From contig CAZTOB010000002.1 of the NCBI GenBank assembly GCA_964615425.1, positions 1 through 54,408 of the forward strand: a DNA stretch of 54,408 bases. Direction: 5' to 3'. Shown piece by piece: positions 8,723 to 17,941 of this stretch; position 1 is the first letter of the stretch, and every line of letters starts with the position of its first letter. The notes beneath the pieces are model-generated. The model was not told where the DNA came from. It worked only from the letters and a program-made list of their open reading frames with translations, and ran no database searches. Position numbers and translations under genes: made by a program. The stretch is from an uncultured Candidatus Saccharibacteria bacterium. Its GTDB lineage: Bacteria; Patescibacteriota; Minisyncoccia; Minisyncoccales; CAYTKG01.

Positions 8723-9925
8723 TTAGGGTATAAAATCTTTTAAAATACTTTTTAGTTTTTTCAAAACTTTTCCGTTTATACCTCTTCTGTCCATTTCCCT
8801 GAATTTTTTAGCCTGCAGACAAAGACCGCAGACAGCTGCCAGTGAGGGATCTTTTTGACTGGGTGAAAAACCTTGCGGCGTTCCAATCCGCGAAACTATT
8901 TCCATTTCTTCTTTTGCCATCTCGGAAATCCCCGGCATGTTAGCCCCGCCGCCCGTTACAACCACCCCGCCCGGCAGCTTCAAAGAACCGTTCTCCTGCC
9001 AATCCTCTTTAACTAATTTAAATATCTCTTTTAAGCGGGGATCTATTATCCTCCCCAGCTCCGACTTGGAGAAGGTCAACTTTTTTTCTGATTTTTTTTC
9101 TTCTATTTCCAGTTTCTTATTACCTCTCATACCGCATTTTCCAAACTTCAGCTTTATTTCTTCCGCCGTATCAACGTCGGTTCTCAGTCCGACCCCAATA
9201 TCTTTTGTCACATTGAAAGAACCCACAGGCACAACCCCCGTTTTCTTTAAAACCCCCTCCTTATATACAGCATAACCGGTCGTGCCGCTTCCGATATTAA
9301 CCACCATCACCCCCAACTCCCTTTCCCGGGGGGTTGAAACAGCTTCAGCGGAGGCCAAGGGTTTAGCCATTACATGACCAATCTGCCATCCAGCGTTTAA
9401 AACCGCTTCGGTAAGGTTTTCAAAATAAGGAACGAAATGTAAAAGAGCCAATATCTTAACCTGGAGTCTAACCCCCTTCATCCCGACCGGCTTTTTAACC
9501 CCGCCCTCTTTATCAACTTTGTACTCTTGCGGGAAAACCCTCAAGATCTCCCAGTTGTCCCGGATGGGAAAGGTCTGAGCCGCATTTTTTACTCTTTTGA
9601 CATCTTCGTCTGAGACAACCTGATCAGCCCTGGAAACCGCTATCGTGCCGGTTGAATCGGTAGAGCGGAGGTGACTCCCGTTTAGAGTAATAAAAACTTC
9701 ATCAAATTTTTGACCCGCCGCCTTTTGGGTTCTCATTAAAACCTTAGAAACAATATCAGAAACCTTATCAGAATCAACCACCACCCCTCTCCGAACACCA
9801 AAGGAACTTTTTGAAACCTTGCTTATCACCTCCAACTTGGAACCTTCGGGAGAAAGGTATGCGGCCAAAGATTGAATCTTTGACGTCCCTATATCCAAAC
9901 TTACCAATAAATTATTCCTGGGCAT
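8723..9925 (-). CDS. ftsA: Cell division protein FtsA (actin-like ATPase)
   Basis: 400 aa with SLDIGTSK and VVNIGSGTT phosphate-binding motifs. It lies immediately upstream of ftsZ and has a basic amphipathic C-terminus (KVLKKLKSILKDFI). Confidence 0.9.
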   Translation of the reverse strand: MPRNNLLVSLDIGTSKIQSLAAYLSPEGSKLEVISKVSKSSFGVRRGVVVDSDKVSDIVSKVLMRTQKAAGQKFDEVFITLNGSHLRSTDSTGTIAVSRADQVVSDEDVKRVKNAAQTFPIRDNWEILRVFPQEYKVDKEGGVKKPVGMKGVRLQVKILALLHFVPYFENLTEAVLNAGWQIGHVMAKPLASAEAVSTPRERELGVMVVNIGSGTTGYAVYKEGVLKKTGVVPVGSFNVTKDIGVGLRTDVDTAEEIKLKFGKCGMRGNKKLEIEEKKSEKKLTFSKSELGRIIDPRLKEIFKLVKEDWQENGSLKLPGGVVVTGGGANMPGISEMAKEEMEIVSRIGTPQGFSPSQKDPSLAAVCGLCLQAKKFREMDRRGINGKVLKKLKSILKDFIP

Positions 9926-9942
9926 GTTTTTTTGTTTTTAAA

Positions 9943-9964
9943 CATGAACCGCGCGCGGTTCATG
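9943..9964. promoter_or_regulatory. Perfect 22-nt GC-cored palindrome between ybeY and ftsA
   Basis: CATGAACCGCG|CGCGGTTCATG overlaps the ybeY stop codon (9960-9962). On the minus strand it is followed by UUUAAAAAC. It could be a hairpin attenuator/terminator or an operator. Confidence 0.5.
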
Positions 9965-10364
9965 ATTGATTATAATATCTTTCCTTTTTTTTCATCTCTT
10001 CCGCTTCCTCACCCCTTTTATGATTGTACCCCAAAAGATGCAAAAGGCCATGGATGAAAGTTATCCTCAAGTCATTTTCAAAATCATCACCTCTTCGTTT
10101 TACAACCTCCGGGCAGATAAAGATTTGCCCCAATTCTTTTTTTGGGCCCGGAAAAGCGTTTTCCCGGAAGGGAAAGGATAAAACATCCGTTGCTTTTTCT
10201 TCCTTTCTCCAAATCTTGTTTATCCCCCGCATCTTATCTTTTTTTAAAAAAGCAACTGAAACCTCCGCCTCTTTGACACCTTCTTCTTTCAATATCTTCT
10301 CGGTTAACTCCCTTAGATCTTTTTCATCTATTTTGAAATCTGTCAGGTTTAAAAACTCCATCAT
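9960..10364 (-). CDS. ybeY: rRNA maturation endoribonuclease YbeY
   Basis: 134 aa with the zinc motif HGLLHLLGYNH. Confidence 0.9.
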   Translation of the reverse strand: MMEFLNLTDFKIDEKDLRELTEKILKEEGVKEAEVSVAFLKKDKMRGINKIWRKEEKATDVLSFPFRENAFPGPKKELGQIFICPEVVKRRGDDFENDLRITFIHGLLHLLGYNHKRGEEAEEMKKKERYYNQS

Positions 10365-10846
10365 GAAGAAAGAAGATCTTTTACCACCTCACTCACTACG
10401 GCCCCCTCCGTTTTTCCTCTCATCTCGGACATCAGCTTATTCATCACCCGGCCCATATCTTTAATACCTTCCGCTTCTTCTTCCTTTATCACCTCCCGGG
10501 CTCTTTCTTCCACCTCCCCCTTTGTTAGTTGCTGAGGAAGATATTCTTCCAAAATCTCTATTTCTTTTTCTTCTTTTTGAACCAGGTCGCTTCTATCCCC
10601 CTTCTTAAAGCCTTCTATCGCTTCTTTTCTCTTTTTAATTTCGGACAAGACCAACTGAGCAACTTCTTCTTCTTTTAGAGCGCTTTTTTTCTCCGGATCG
10701 GATTTTCCCTCTTTGACCAAGCGGTATCTTTTTTTCTTTCTTTTGTCCCGGATAACACTTACAAGAAGCCTCAAAACACTGAGCTTCCTTTTTTCTCCCT
10801 TCCTCAAGGCCTCCTTCATGTCCTTTTTGATTTTTTCTTCAAGCAT
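10361..10846 (-). CDS. GatB/YqeY domain protein
   Basis: 161 aa. The MLEEKIKKDMKEALRKGEKRKLSVLRLL... pattern is typical of the YqeY family. Confidence 0.75.
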   Translation of the reverse strand: MLEEKIKKDMKEALRKGEKRKLSVLRLLVSVIRDKRKKKRYRLVKEGKSDPEKKSALKEEEVAQLVLSEIKKRKEAIEGFKKGDRSDLVQKEEKEIEILEEYLPQQLTKGEVEERAREVIKEEEAEGIKDMGRVMNKLMSEMRGKTEGAVVSEVVKDLLSS

Positions 10847-10847
10847 T

Positions 10848-11066
10848 TTATAATCTTTTGCCCAGTTTTTTCATCCTCTCTCTTTCTTTTTTAATACGCA
10901 GCCCCCTTAAGGCTTTTTTCTTCTTCTTGCTTTCACTTAAAGGTCTTTCGTAAAACTGCGTTTCTTTTATTCTTCGATAAATACCGGTCCTTCTCATAAT
11001 TCTTGAAAACCGGCGCACCACGCTGCGCGAGGATTCGTTTTCTTTTCTTTCTACTCTTAAACTCAT
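10848..11066 (-). CDS. rpsU: 30S ribosomal protein S21
   Basis: 72 aa and very basic. The VERKENESSRSVVRRFSRIMRRTGI pattern matches S21. Confidence 0.85.
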   Translation of the reverse strand: MSLRVERKENESSRSVVRRFSRIMRRTGIYRRIKETQFYERPLSESKKKKKALRGLRIKKERERMKKLGKRL

Positions 11067-11070
11067 ATTT

Positions 11071-12336
11071 TTACAATATTTTTTTAATTTCTTTTACAAC
11101 TTTATCCAATTTGACCTTTTCTTGCTTCCCTTCCTTCCTATCTCTTATTATAATCTCTTCTTCCGCCAGCTCCATTTTGCCCAGAATGAGGGTGTAACGC
11201 GCCCCCAACTCTTCCGCCCGACTCAACTGGCTGCTCAAGGCATCGCGGGAAAAGTCTTCATAAACCAAGACCCCCTTGCTCCGCAGCTCTTCAAACAAAG
11301 ACAGGGCTCTTCTTTTAGCGGTAATGCCCACTTGGGCTAAAAATACTTGCGGTTTTTCGTATTCGTAGGGTTTTATCTTTCTTTTTTTCATAAGATCGGC
11401 TATTCTTTCCAAACCCATCGCCCCTCCACAGGCGGGGACCTTGCTTGATCCGAATTTTTTAAGAAGCTGATCGTAGCGCCCTCCTCCCACCAGGGCGGTG
11501 GATTTGTCTTCTTTTGAAGTTATCTCAAAAACTGTCCGGGTGTAGTAGTCAAGCCCCCTCACCAAAAAAGGGTCAAGTTCGTAGGGAACCTCCAGTTCAT
11601 CCAAAAATTCAAGCACCTCCCTAAAGTGCACCCGGCACTTTTTCCAGAGAGAATCCAAAACTTGCGGGGCCTCCCTGGCTATATCCTGACACTTTTTCTT
11701 CTTACAATCCAGAATGCGCATCACGTTTTTATCCAGCCGGCGCTTGCAGTCTTTGCATAAGTCTTTTTTTCTTTCCTCGAAAAATTCCTTCAAGTCCTCG
11801 CTGTATCTTTCCCGGCAGCGATTGCACCCAATAGAGTTAACGTAAATTTTAAGATCACCGAAACCAAGCTCCTTCAATAAGTTGTAAAAAAAGTAAATGA
11901 CAAAGGGATCAACCACGGAATTTTTTCTTCCCAAAACCTCCACTCCGAACTGCCTGAACTCTCTCCATCTTCCCGCCTGGGGTCTTTCGTGTCTGAAAAA
12001 CCGCCCCAAGTACCAAAGCTTAACCGGTTTAGTCCAGCTCTTCATTCCGTTTTCAATGTAAGCGCGGGCGATACCGGCCGTACCTTCCGGCCTCAAGGCA
12101 AGAGTTGTTTTCCCCTCCTTTAAGGTATACATCTCTTTTTCCACCACATCTGTTCCTTCCCCGACCCCTTCGGTAAAAAGACCCTTCTCTTCAAAAGAAG
12201 GGATTCTTATCTCCTGGAACCCGTAAGCTTCAGCCATTTCCCTGCAAACCTTTTCTATTTTCAAAAAAAAGTCAAGCCGCTCGCCAAAAAGATCATACGT
12301 TCCTCTCGGCCTTTGATATTTTTTATTCTTAGACAT
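11071..12336 (-). CDS. hisS: Histidine--tRNA ligase
   Basis: Class II aaRS motifs are present (RPEGT, FRHERPQAGRWREF, GGGRYD). I chose the ATG at 12334-12336 (MSKNKKYQRPRGTYD) rather than the longer track ORF. Confidence 0.9.
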   Translation of the reverse strand: MSKNKKYQRPRGTYDLFGERLDFFLKIEKVCREMAEAYGFQEIRIPSFEEKGLFTEGVGEGTDVVEKEMYTLKEGKTTLALRPEGTAGIARAYIENGMKSWTKPVKLWYLGRFFRHERPQAGRWREFRQFGVEVLGRKNSVVDPFVIYFFYNLLKELGFGDLKIYVNSIGCNRCRERYSEDLKEFFEERKKDLCKDCKRRLDKNVMRILDCKKKKCQDIAREAPQVLDSLWKKCRVHFREVLEFLDELEVPYELDPFLVRGLDYYTRTVFEITSKEDKSTALVGGGRYDQLLKKFGSSKVPACGGAMGLERIADLMKKRKIKPYEYEKPQVFLAQVGITAKRRALSLFEELRSKGVLVYEDFSRDALSSQLSRAEELGARYTLILGKMELAEEEIIIRDRKEGKQEKVKLDKVVKEIKKIL

Positions 12337-12928
12337 TTTCCTTAATGTTAACAGGATAAAAAAGAAAGCTGACCTCCTCCAAGCCATATACGGGAGGTTT
12401 GAACTTTTGCATATCGTACAAGGGGAGCACCCTGAAAAAGGCTCTTCCTATAATCCTCTCTTCAGAAAGAGGCCCCCAGCTTCTGGAATCAGACGAAAAA
12501 GAACGATTATCTCCCAATAGAAAATATTCGTCCTCGCTTAATTTGACATCTACTTTTCCGGTAGTTAAAGAGTCTTGAGGAAGGTAAAAAGACTCATCCA
12601 AAACATATTCCCCGTCCTCTTTAAAAACGTGAACCCCCTGGTCTTTGATCACCACTCTTTCTCCCGGCAGACCCACAATCCTTTTTATATACCTCGTTTG
12701 AGACTGCGTGGGGGCATGAAAAACAACGACCTCCCCCCGGACGGGAGAACGAAACCTGTAGGTAATCTCGTCAACGATAAGATAGTCTCCGTCTTCAAAG
12801 TTGGGATTCATGGAGCCGCCGTTGACAACAAAAGGCTGGAATAAAAAATAGCGGATAGGCAAAACGATGGCCAATGCCAAAACGGCCATCTTTATCACCT
12901 CCCAAAAAAATTTTAACGTTTCATCCAT
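12329..12928 (-). CDS. lepB: Signal peptidase I
   Basis: Motifs GGSMNPNF (catalytic Ser), YIKRIVGLPGE (Lys) and GDNRSFSSDSR. The start is set at the ATG at 12926-12928 (MDETLKFFWE...). The 49-aa N-terminal extension in the track looks non-coding. Confidence 0.88.
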   Translation of the reverse strand: MDETLKFFWEVIKMAVLALAIVLPIRYFLFQPFVVNGGSMNPNFEDGDYLIVDEITYRFRSPVRGEVVVFHAPTQSQTRYIKRIVGLPGERVVIKDQGVHVFKEDGEYVLDESFYLPQDSLTTGKVDVKLSEDEYFLLGDNRSFSSDSRSWGPLSEERIIGRAFFRVLPLYDMQKFKPPVYGLEEVSFLFYPVNIKENV

Positions 12929-13003
12929 ATTTAGGTTATTATAATAAAAATTGGGGAAATTGCAAAAGCGGGAAAAAAAATAATTTATGTTATTATAACA
13001 AAT

Positions 13004-13573
13004 ATGATTCTTTTTGTTGGGCTCGGCAATCCGGGGAAAAAATATGAAAACACCCCCCACAACATCGGTTTCCAAATGATCGATTCTTTAGCAGGTGAAA
13101 AAAAATGGAAGAAGGATAAAAAATGCCGATGTCTTAAAAAAAAGGTGGAAATTGCAGGAAAAATAGTGGAAACAGCCAAGCCCCTCACCTTTATGAACTC
13201 CTCGGGAGAAAGCGTAGCCTGCTTGAAAAAGAAACTTGGTTTGAAAACGCAGCGGATTGTCGTTATACACGACGACGCCGATTTAAAGCTGGGGAGGGTG
13301 AAGATAACGGTGGGAGCAGGAGCAGGCGGCCACAAGGGAGTAAAATCGATAATAAAGGAAGTGGGGTCAAAAGATTTTACCAGAATAAGAATTGGGGTTA
13401 AACCCCGGGAAGGATTAAAAGTTCCCTTGGAAAAGTTTGTTCTTCAAAGTTTTTCTCCGAGTGAAAAAAGAAAAGTTAAAGAAACAAAAAAGGCTTTCAA
13501 AGATATCGTAAACACCTTAATTTGTGAAGGAGTGGAAAAAACAATGAGTAAATTCAACAAAAAAAGGGAGTGA
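13004..13573 (+). CDS. pth: Peptidyl-tRNA hydrolase
   Basis: MILFVGLGNPGKKYENTPHNIGF is the canonical Pth N-terminus. Confidence 0.92.
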   Translation: MILFVGLGNPGKKYENTPHNIGFQMIDSLAGEKKWKKDKKCRCLKKKVEIAGKIVETAKPLTFMNSSGESVACLKKKLGLKTQRIVVIHDDADLKLGRVKITVGAGAGGHKGVKSIIKEVGSKDFTRIRIGVKPREGLKVPLEKFVLQSFSPSEKRKVKETKKAFKDIVNTLICEGVEKTMSKFNKKRE

Positions 13574-13574
13574 C

Positions 13575-13737
13575 ACTTGCTTTTGGCCTGAGAAAAAGCC
13601 AAAGGAACTGACGAGCAAAAGCTGCCGCCCCTTAATTTAAAAGAAACGAATCAAGGAGGAAAATCCGTTTCTCAACTTTTTCTCAGACCAGAAAGAAATG
13701 TCCCACCCATCTTTTTTTGTCCTACCCTTTTCTTAAC
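13575..13737 (-). ncRNA. Weak candidate small RNA (unknown class) in the 349-nt pth-topA spacer
   Basis: It lies downstream of the promoter above. A 12-bp hairpin (13641-13673) exposes a UUCCUCCUU loop. There is no clean terminator, so the 3' end is undefined. Confidence 0.25.
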
Positions 13738-13740
13738 TTG

Positions 13741-13769
13741 AATATAGGACAGCAAACCTTTATTGTCAA
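13741..13769 (-). promoter_or_regulatory. Candidate sigma70-type promoter firing away from topA into the pth-topA spacer
   Basis: On the minus strand TTGACA lies at 13769-13764, followed by a 17-nt spacer and TATATT at 13746-13741. Confidence 0.4.
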
Positions 13770-13922
13770 TAACAAAAAGAGGGTTAGCTTCCTCTTTTAA
13801 AAAGGAGGAAGAATCGTTGTGAAAACAAAAACAGTAAAAAACTTTGAAAAAACAACTTGCAAAATAAGTATGTCTGACGTTTTAAAGATTATTAAAAATA
13901 AGAAATTGCCCGGACTTTAAAC

Positions 13923-15920
13923 ATGAAACTTGTAATCGTAGAGAGCCCAACTAAAACAAAAACCCTAGGTAAGTACTTGGGTGAAAAATTCGAGGTGGCC
14001 GCTACCCTGGGACATATCAGAGATTTACCCAAGAAAAGTTTCGGGGTTGATTTAAAAAGTTTCGAACCGGAGTACGAAACAATAAAAGGGAAAAAGAAAG
14101 TAATCAAAAAGTTAAAAAAGTTAGAAAAAAAAGCGGACGAGGTAATTCTAGCTACAGACCTCGACCGTGAAGGAGAGGCAATCGCCTGGCACACTAAAGA
14201 GGTTCTTGGAGCAAGCGACTATCAAAGAATCGTCTTCCATGAGATCACAAAACAAGCTATTAAAAAAGCCCTTCAAAGCCCGAGAGAAATAGATGAAAAC
14301 TTAATCAACGCCCAGCAGGCAAGAAGAATCCTGGACCGGATCGTGGGATACAAACTCTCCCCCCTTCTTTGGAAAAAGGTAGCCAAAGGTCTTTCGGCCG
14401 GAAGAGTTCAGTCTGTCGCTCTCCGGCTCATAACGGAAAGAGAAAGGGAGATTGAAAAATTCACTCCCCGGGATTACTGGAGCGTCCACGCCTTCTTCAA
14501 ACACGACCCCGACTTCAACGCCAAACTGACAAAAATCAAAAAGGAGCGTCTTAAAAAATTCAGCATTGAATCCCCCGAAGAAGCAAAAAAAATTGTTCAA
14601 AGCCTCAAAAACGAAGAGTTTGTCGTTGATAAAATAACAAAAAAGAAAAAGAAGCGATCCCCTTTCGCCCCTTTCATAACCAGCACCCTGCAGCAGGAAG
14701 GATGGTACAAGTTCAGTTTTTCCTCCAAGCAGACAATCTACCTCGCTCAGCAGCTTTACGAAAAAGGTCTCATCACCTACCACCGTACAGACTCTCTTCA
14801 TCTTTCTAAGGAAGCAACAGACAAAGCGGAGAAAATTATCTTGAAAGAATTCGGAGAAAAGTACTGGCCCGGAAAGAAAAGAAGTTTTAAGACAAAGTCC
14901 ACCTCCGCTCAAGAGGCTCATGAAGCCATCCGCCCGGCCCACCCCGAGAAGAAACCCGGTGACATCAACTTAAAAGGAGGGGAGGCAAAACTATACCGGC
15001 TCATCTGGCAGAGATTTATAGCCTCCCAGATGAGCCCGGCCGTTTTCAATCAGGCAAGAGTTGGAATAAAAGCGGGGGAAGGAACCTTCAGAGCAACCGG
15101 TCAAACCCTTCTTTTTGATGGGTTTTTAAAGGTATACCCCGTCCGCTTCAAAGAAAACTTACTGCCGACGCTTTCAAAAGGAGAGAAGTTAAACCTTGAG
15201 AAACTGAAAAGCAAAAAACATTCGACCCGCCCCCCTGCAAGGTGGAGCGAAGCAACCTTAATTAAGGAAATGAAAAAACTGGAAATAGGGAGACCTTCAA
15301 CCTACGCCCCCATTATCTCCGTCATCCAGGAAAGAAATTATGTCGGCCTGAATCAAAAAAAGAGGTTTTACCCCACGGATCTGGGAAAAACCGTCAACGA
15401 TCTTTTGGTTGAACATTTTCCCAAAATCGTAAACGTAGAATTCACCGCCCGTATGGAAAAAAATCTGGACCAGGTAGCGGAAGGAAAAAAAGAATGGAAA
15501 GAGGTATTGCGAGAATTTTGGAAACCCTTCAAGGAAAATCTCGATAAAAAATATGAGGAAATAGAAAAAAAGGTGGAAAAAACGGACAAAGAATGCCCCG
15601 AATGCGGCGCCCCTCTTGTTTTAAGAATGAGCAAGTATGGAAAATTCTACGGGTGCAGTAAATTTCCAGAGTGCAAATACACCAAGCCGATCCTGAAAAA
15701 AGTCGGTGTCAGCTGCCCTCAGTGTGAAAAAGGAGAAATAATAGAAAAAAGAACCAGAAAAGGAAAAATATTTTACGGATGCAGCCGATGGCCCAAGTGT
15801 GACTTCGCTCTTTGGGAAAAACCCACCGGAGAAGAATGCCCCGAATGCGGATCCTTACTGACTATTAGCAAAAGGGGGAAAGTAAAATGCTCCAACAAAG
15901 AATGTGAGTGGCAAGAATAA
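13923..15920 (+). CDS. topA: DNA topoisomerase I (type IA) with three C-terminal zinc ribbons
   Basis: 665 aa with a TOPRIM N-terminus (LVIVESPTKTKTL, DLDREGEAIAWH), the active-site region YHRTDS and three CxxC...CxxC fingers. Confidence 0.93.
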   Translation: MKLVIVESPTKTKTLGKYLGEKFEVAATLGHIRDLPKKSFGVDLKSFEPEYETIKGKKKVIKKLKKLEKKADEVILATDLDREGEAIAWHTKEVLGASDYQRIVFHEITKQAIKKALQSPREIDENLINAQQARRILDRIVGYKLSPLLWKKVAKGLSAGRVQSVALRLITEREREIEKFTPRDYWSVHAFFKHDPDFNAKLTKIKKERLKKFSIESPEEAKKIVQSLKNEEFVVDKITKKKKKRSPFAPFITSTLQQEGWYKFSFSSKQTIYLAQQLYEKGLITYHRTDSLHLSKEATDKAEKIILKEFGEKYWPGKKRSFKTKSTSAQEAHEAIRPAHPEKKPGDINLKGGEAKLYRLIWQRFIASQMSPAVFNQARVGIKAGEGTFRATGQTLLFDGFLKVYPVRFKENLLPTLSKGEKLNLEKLKSKKHSTRPPARWSEATLIKEMKKLEIGRPSTYAPIISVIQERNYVGLNQKKRFYPTDLGKTVNDLLVEHFPKIVNVEFTARMEKNLDQVAEGKKEWKEVLREFWKPFKENLDKKYEEIEKKVEKTDKECPECGAPLVLRMSKYGKFYGCSKFPECKYTKPILKKVGVSCPQCEKGEIIEKRTRKGKIFYGCSRWPKCDFALWEKPTGEECPECGSLLTISKRGKVKCSNKECEWQE

Positions 15921-17037
15921 AAAATTAAAATTTCCGGGAGGTTTCCTCTGGGGAGCAGCGACCTCCGCCTACCAGGTGGAAGGAGGAATCACCAAAAACG
16001 ACTGGGCTGAAACCTTTCCGGCAAACAAAGCTGCTGGGCACTACCAACTTTTTGAAAAGGACTTCGACCTGGCTTTAAAACTCAACCACAATGCCCATCG
16101 TTTGTCTTTAGAGTGGTCAAGAATCGAACCGGAGCCGAATCACTTCAACCAAAAAGAGATAGACCATTATCGAGAAGTTTTAACCGCTCTAAAAGAAAGA
16201 GGGATGAAAACCTTTCTCACGCTTTTCCACTTCACCAGTCCTTCGTGGATGAGTTGGGCTGATTCTAAATCCCCCTTTTATTTCTCCCGATTTACAAAAC
16301 TAGCCTTGAAAGAATACCGGGATCTGGTCGATTTTTGGATAACAATAAACGAACCCGTGATTTACGCGCCTCTTTCCTACCTTACCGGAAAATGGCCCCC
16401 GCAAAAGAAAAACCCCTTTTTGTTTTTAAAAGTTTTAAAAAACATGATAAGGGCCCACAAAAAAGCTTACAAAGTTCTGCATCAAAAACAAGAAAAAGTG
16501 GGAATAGCTAAAAACAACGCCTGGTTCAACCCGGAAGGGTGTCCGCTGCTTAAGGCATTATTTATACCTGCCGGTTGGTTTAACAACCACTTTTTTCTTG
16601 AGAGAATAAAAGATCAGCTCGATTTCATCGGCCTCAATTATTACTTCGCTAAAGGCGGGAAGAAAAAAAACAAGCTGGTTTCCGATATAGGCTGGAAGAT
16701 AGATCCCGAGGGGCTGTATCACGTCTTGTGCGAACTCAAAAGATACAACTTGCCCATATACATCACCGAAAACGGGTTGGCCGACGAGAAAGACGAACTG
16801 CGGGAAGATTTCATCAAAAGACATCTTTACTGGGCCCACAAAGCGATGGAGGAAGGAGTTGATTTGAAAGGTTATCTCCATTGGTCTCTTTTGGACAACT
16901 TTGAGTGGGCGGAGGGTTTTTCACCCCGCTTCGGACTCATCAAAGTTGATTATGAAACCTTGGAGAGAGAAATAAGAAGCTCCGCTCGAAGTTATGCTGA
17001 TATTGCTAAAACAAATACTTTAAAAATATGTGGATAG
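15904..17037 (+). CDS. Glycoside hydrolase family 1 (beta-glucosidase-like), compact form
   Basis: FLWGAATSAYQVEGG, TINEP (acid/base) and YITENG (nucleophile) are all present. The GTG start overlaps the end of topA. Confidence 0.85.
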   Translation: MSGKNKKLKFPGGFLWGAATSAYQVEGGITKNDWAETFPANKAAGHYQLFEKDFDLALKLNHNAHRLSLEWSRIEPEPNHFNQKEIDHYREVLTALKERGMKTFLTLFHFTSPSWMSWADSKSPFYFSRFTKLALKEYRDLVDFWITINEPVIYAPLSYLTGKWPPQKKNPFLFLKVLKNMIRAHKKAYKVLHQKQEKVGIAKNNAWFNPEGCPLLKALFIPAGWFNNHFFLERIKDQLDFIGLNYYFAKGGKKKNKLVSDIGWKIDPEGLYHVLCELKRYNLPIYITENGLADEKDELREDFIKRHLYWAHKAMEEGVDLKGYLHWSLLDNFEWAEGFSPRFGLIKVDYETLEREIRSSARSYADIAKTNTLKICG

Positions 17038-17939
17038 CTGCTACAATTTTTTCCTACCTTCTTTTCGCCTTAGGATCGTTGATTGACCGCTTTATTCTGA
17101 CAAAGAAAAAGCTCAAGTCTTCAACTTACGCCTTTTTTGTCGGTCTTTTAGGCTTAATATTTGCAGCCGCCCTTCCCTTGCTTTGGAAATTTGTCCCGCC
17201 CCGGCCCCAGCCGCAAACGGTTCTTTTGGCCCTTACAGCTGGCTTTGTTTGGATCACAGCTGTTTTCTTGGCCTACAAAGCTATTAAAAAAAGCGAGGTT
17301 TCAAGGGCCTCCCCCACCATCGGCGCTTTTTTACCCATTCTTTCTTTACTTTTCTCTTTTCTTTTTTACTCTCAAAAACCCGTCTTGGCGCTTCCTCATT
17401 TTGGAGCTTTTTTTCTTTTGACAAGCGGGGGAGTGATTATCTCCCTAGAAAAGAAAAAGGAAGGAATAAAGATGGAAAATTTGAAAAGAGGAGGACTGGC
17501 GGCTTTAGCTTTTGCTCTCGGGTTTCTTCTTATGAAAAAAACTTACCTGAAGGCCGGTTTTCTTTGGGGTTTTGTGCTTATGAGGGCGGGAGGAGTGCTG
17601 GCTTCACTCTTATTCTTAACCTTTAAAGAAACACGAGGACAGATTTTAAATAAGAAAAAGAAAAAGAGAAAAACTTCTTTTTTTGTCATAGGAGGACAGA
17701 TAATTACGGGAGTTGCTTTTTTGCTTCAAAACTACGCTGTTTTTGAGGCTCACTTCAGCCAAGTTCCGGTAATAAACGCTTTGGAAGGCGTACGTTACGC
17801 GTTTTTGTTTCTTTTCGTTTTTCTCTTAGAAAAAACCAAGCCAGACATATTGAAAGAGGATATGGAAGGCGCAGCCATAATTCAAAAATCCATCGGGATT
17901 CTCCTAATTTGGGGAGGATTAATCTTACTCACCCTTTAA
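17028..17939 (+). CDS. EamA/DMT-superfamily-like 10-TM transporter
   Basis: 303 aa with two roughly 140-aa hydrophobic halves. The family assignment is by topology only. Confidence 0.5.
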   Translation: MWIAATIFSYLLFALGSLIDRFILTKKKLKSSTYAFFVGLLGLIFAAALPLLWKFVPPRPQPQTVLLALTAGFVWITAVFLAYKAIKKSEVSRASPTIGAFLPILSLLFSFLFYSQKPVLALPHFGAFFLLTSGGVIISLEKKKEGIKMENLKRGGLAALAFALGFLLMKKTYLKAGFLWGFVLMRAGGVLASLLFLTFKETRGQILNKKKKKRKTSFFVIGGQIITGVAFLLQNYAVFEAHFSQVPVINALEGVRYAFLFLFVFLLEKTKPDILKEDMEGAAIIQKSIGILLIWGGLILLTL

Positions 17940-17941
17940 AC

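Noticed and set aside
11071-13075. N-terminal extensions in the track ORFs for hisS (to 12387) and lepB (to 13075). The same issue applies to nrdG (to 5699), NIF3 (to 40955) and the kinase (to 49188).
   Set aside because: The extensions overlap upstream genes or run through promoter- or terminator-like AT-rich sequence. Their peptides are non-conserved-looking. Internal ATGs positioned at or just after the upstream stop give canonical N-termini.
13588-13593. The CUGAGA string followed by GGAACUGA in the pth-topA spacer hinted at a TPP riboswitch.
   Set aside because: The CUGAGA sits in a hairpin loop rather than the J3-2 junction. The ACCUGAUCUGG...GCG..AGGGA half of the aptamer is missing, and the downstream gene (topA) is not thiamine-related.
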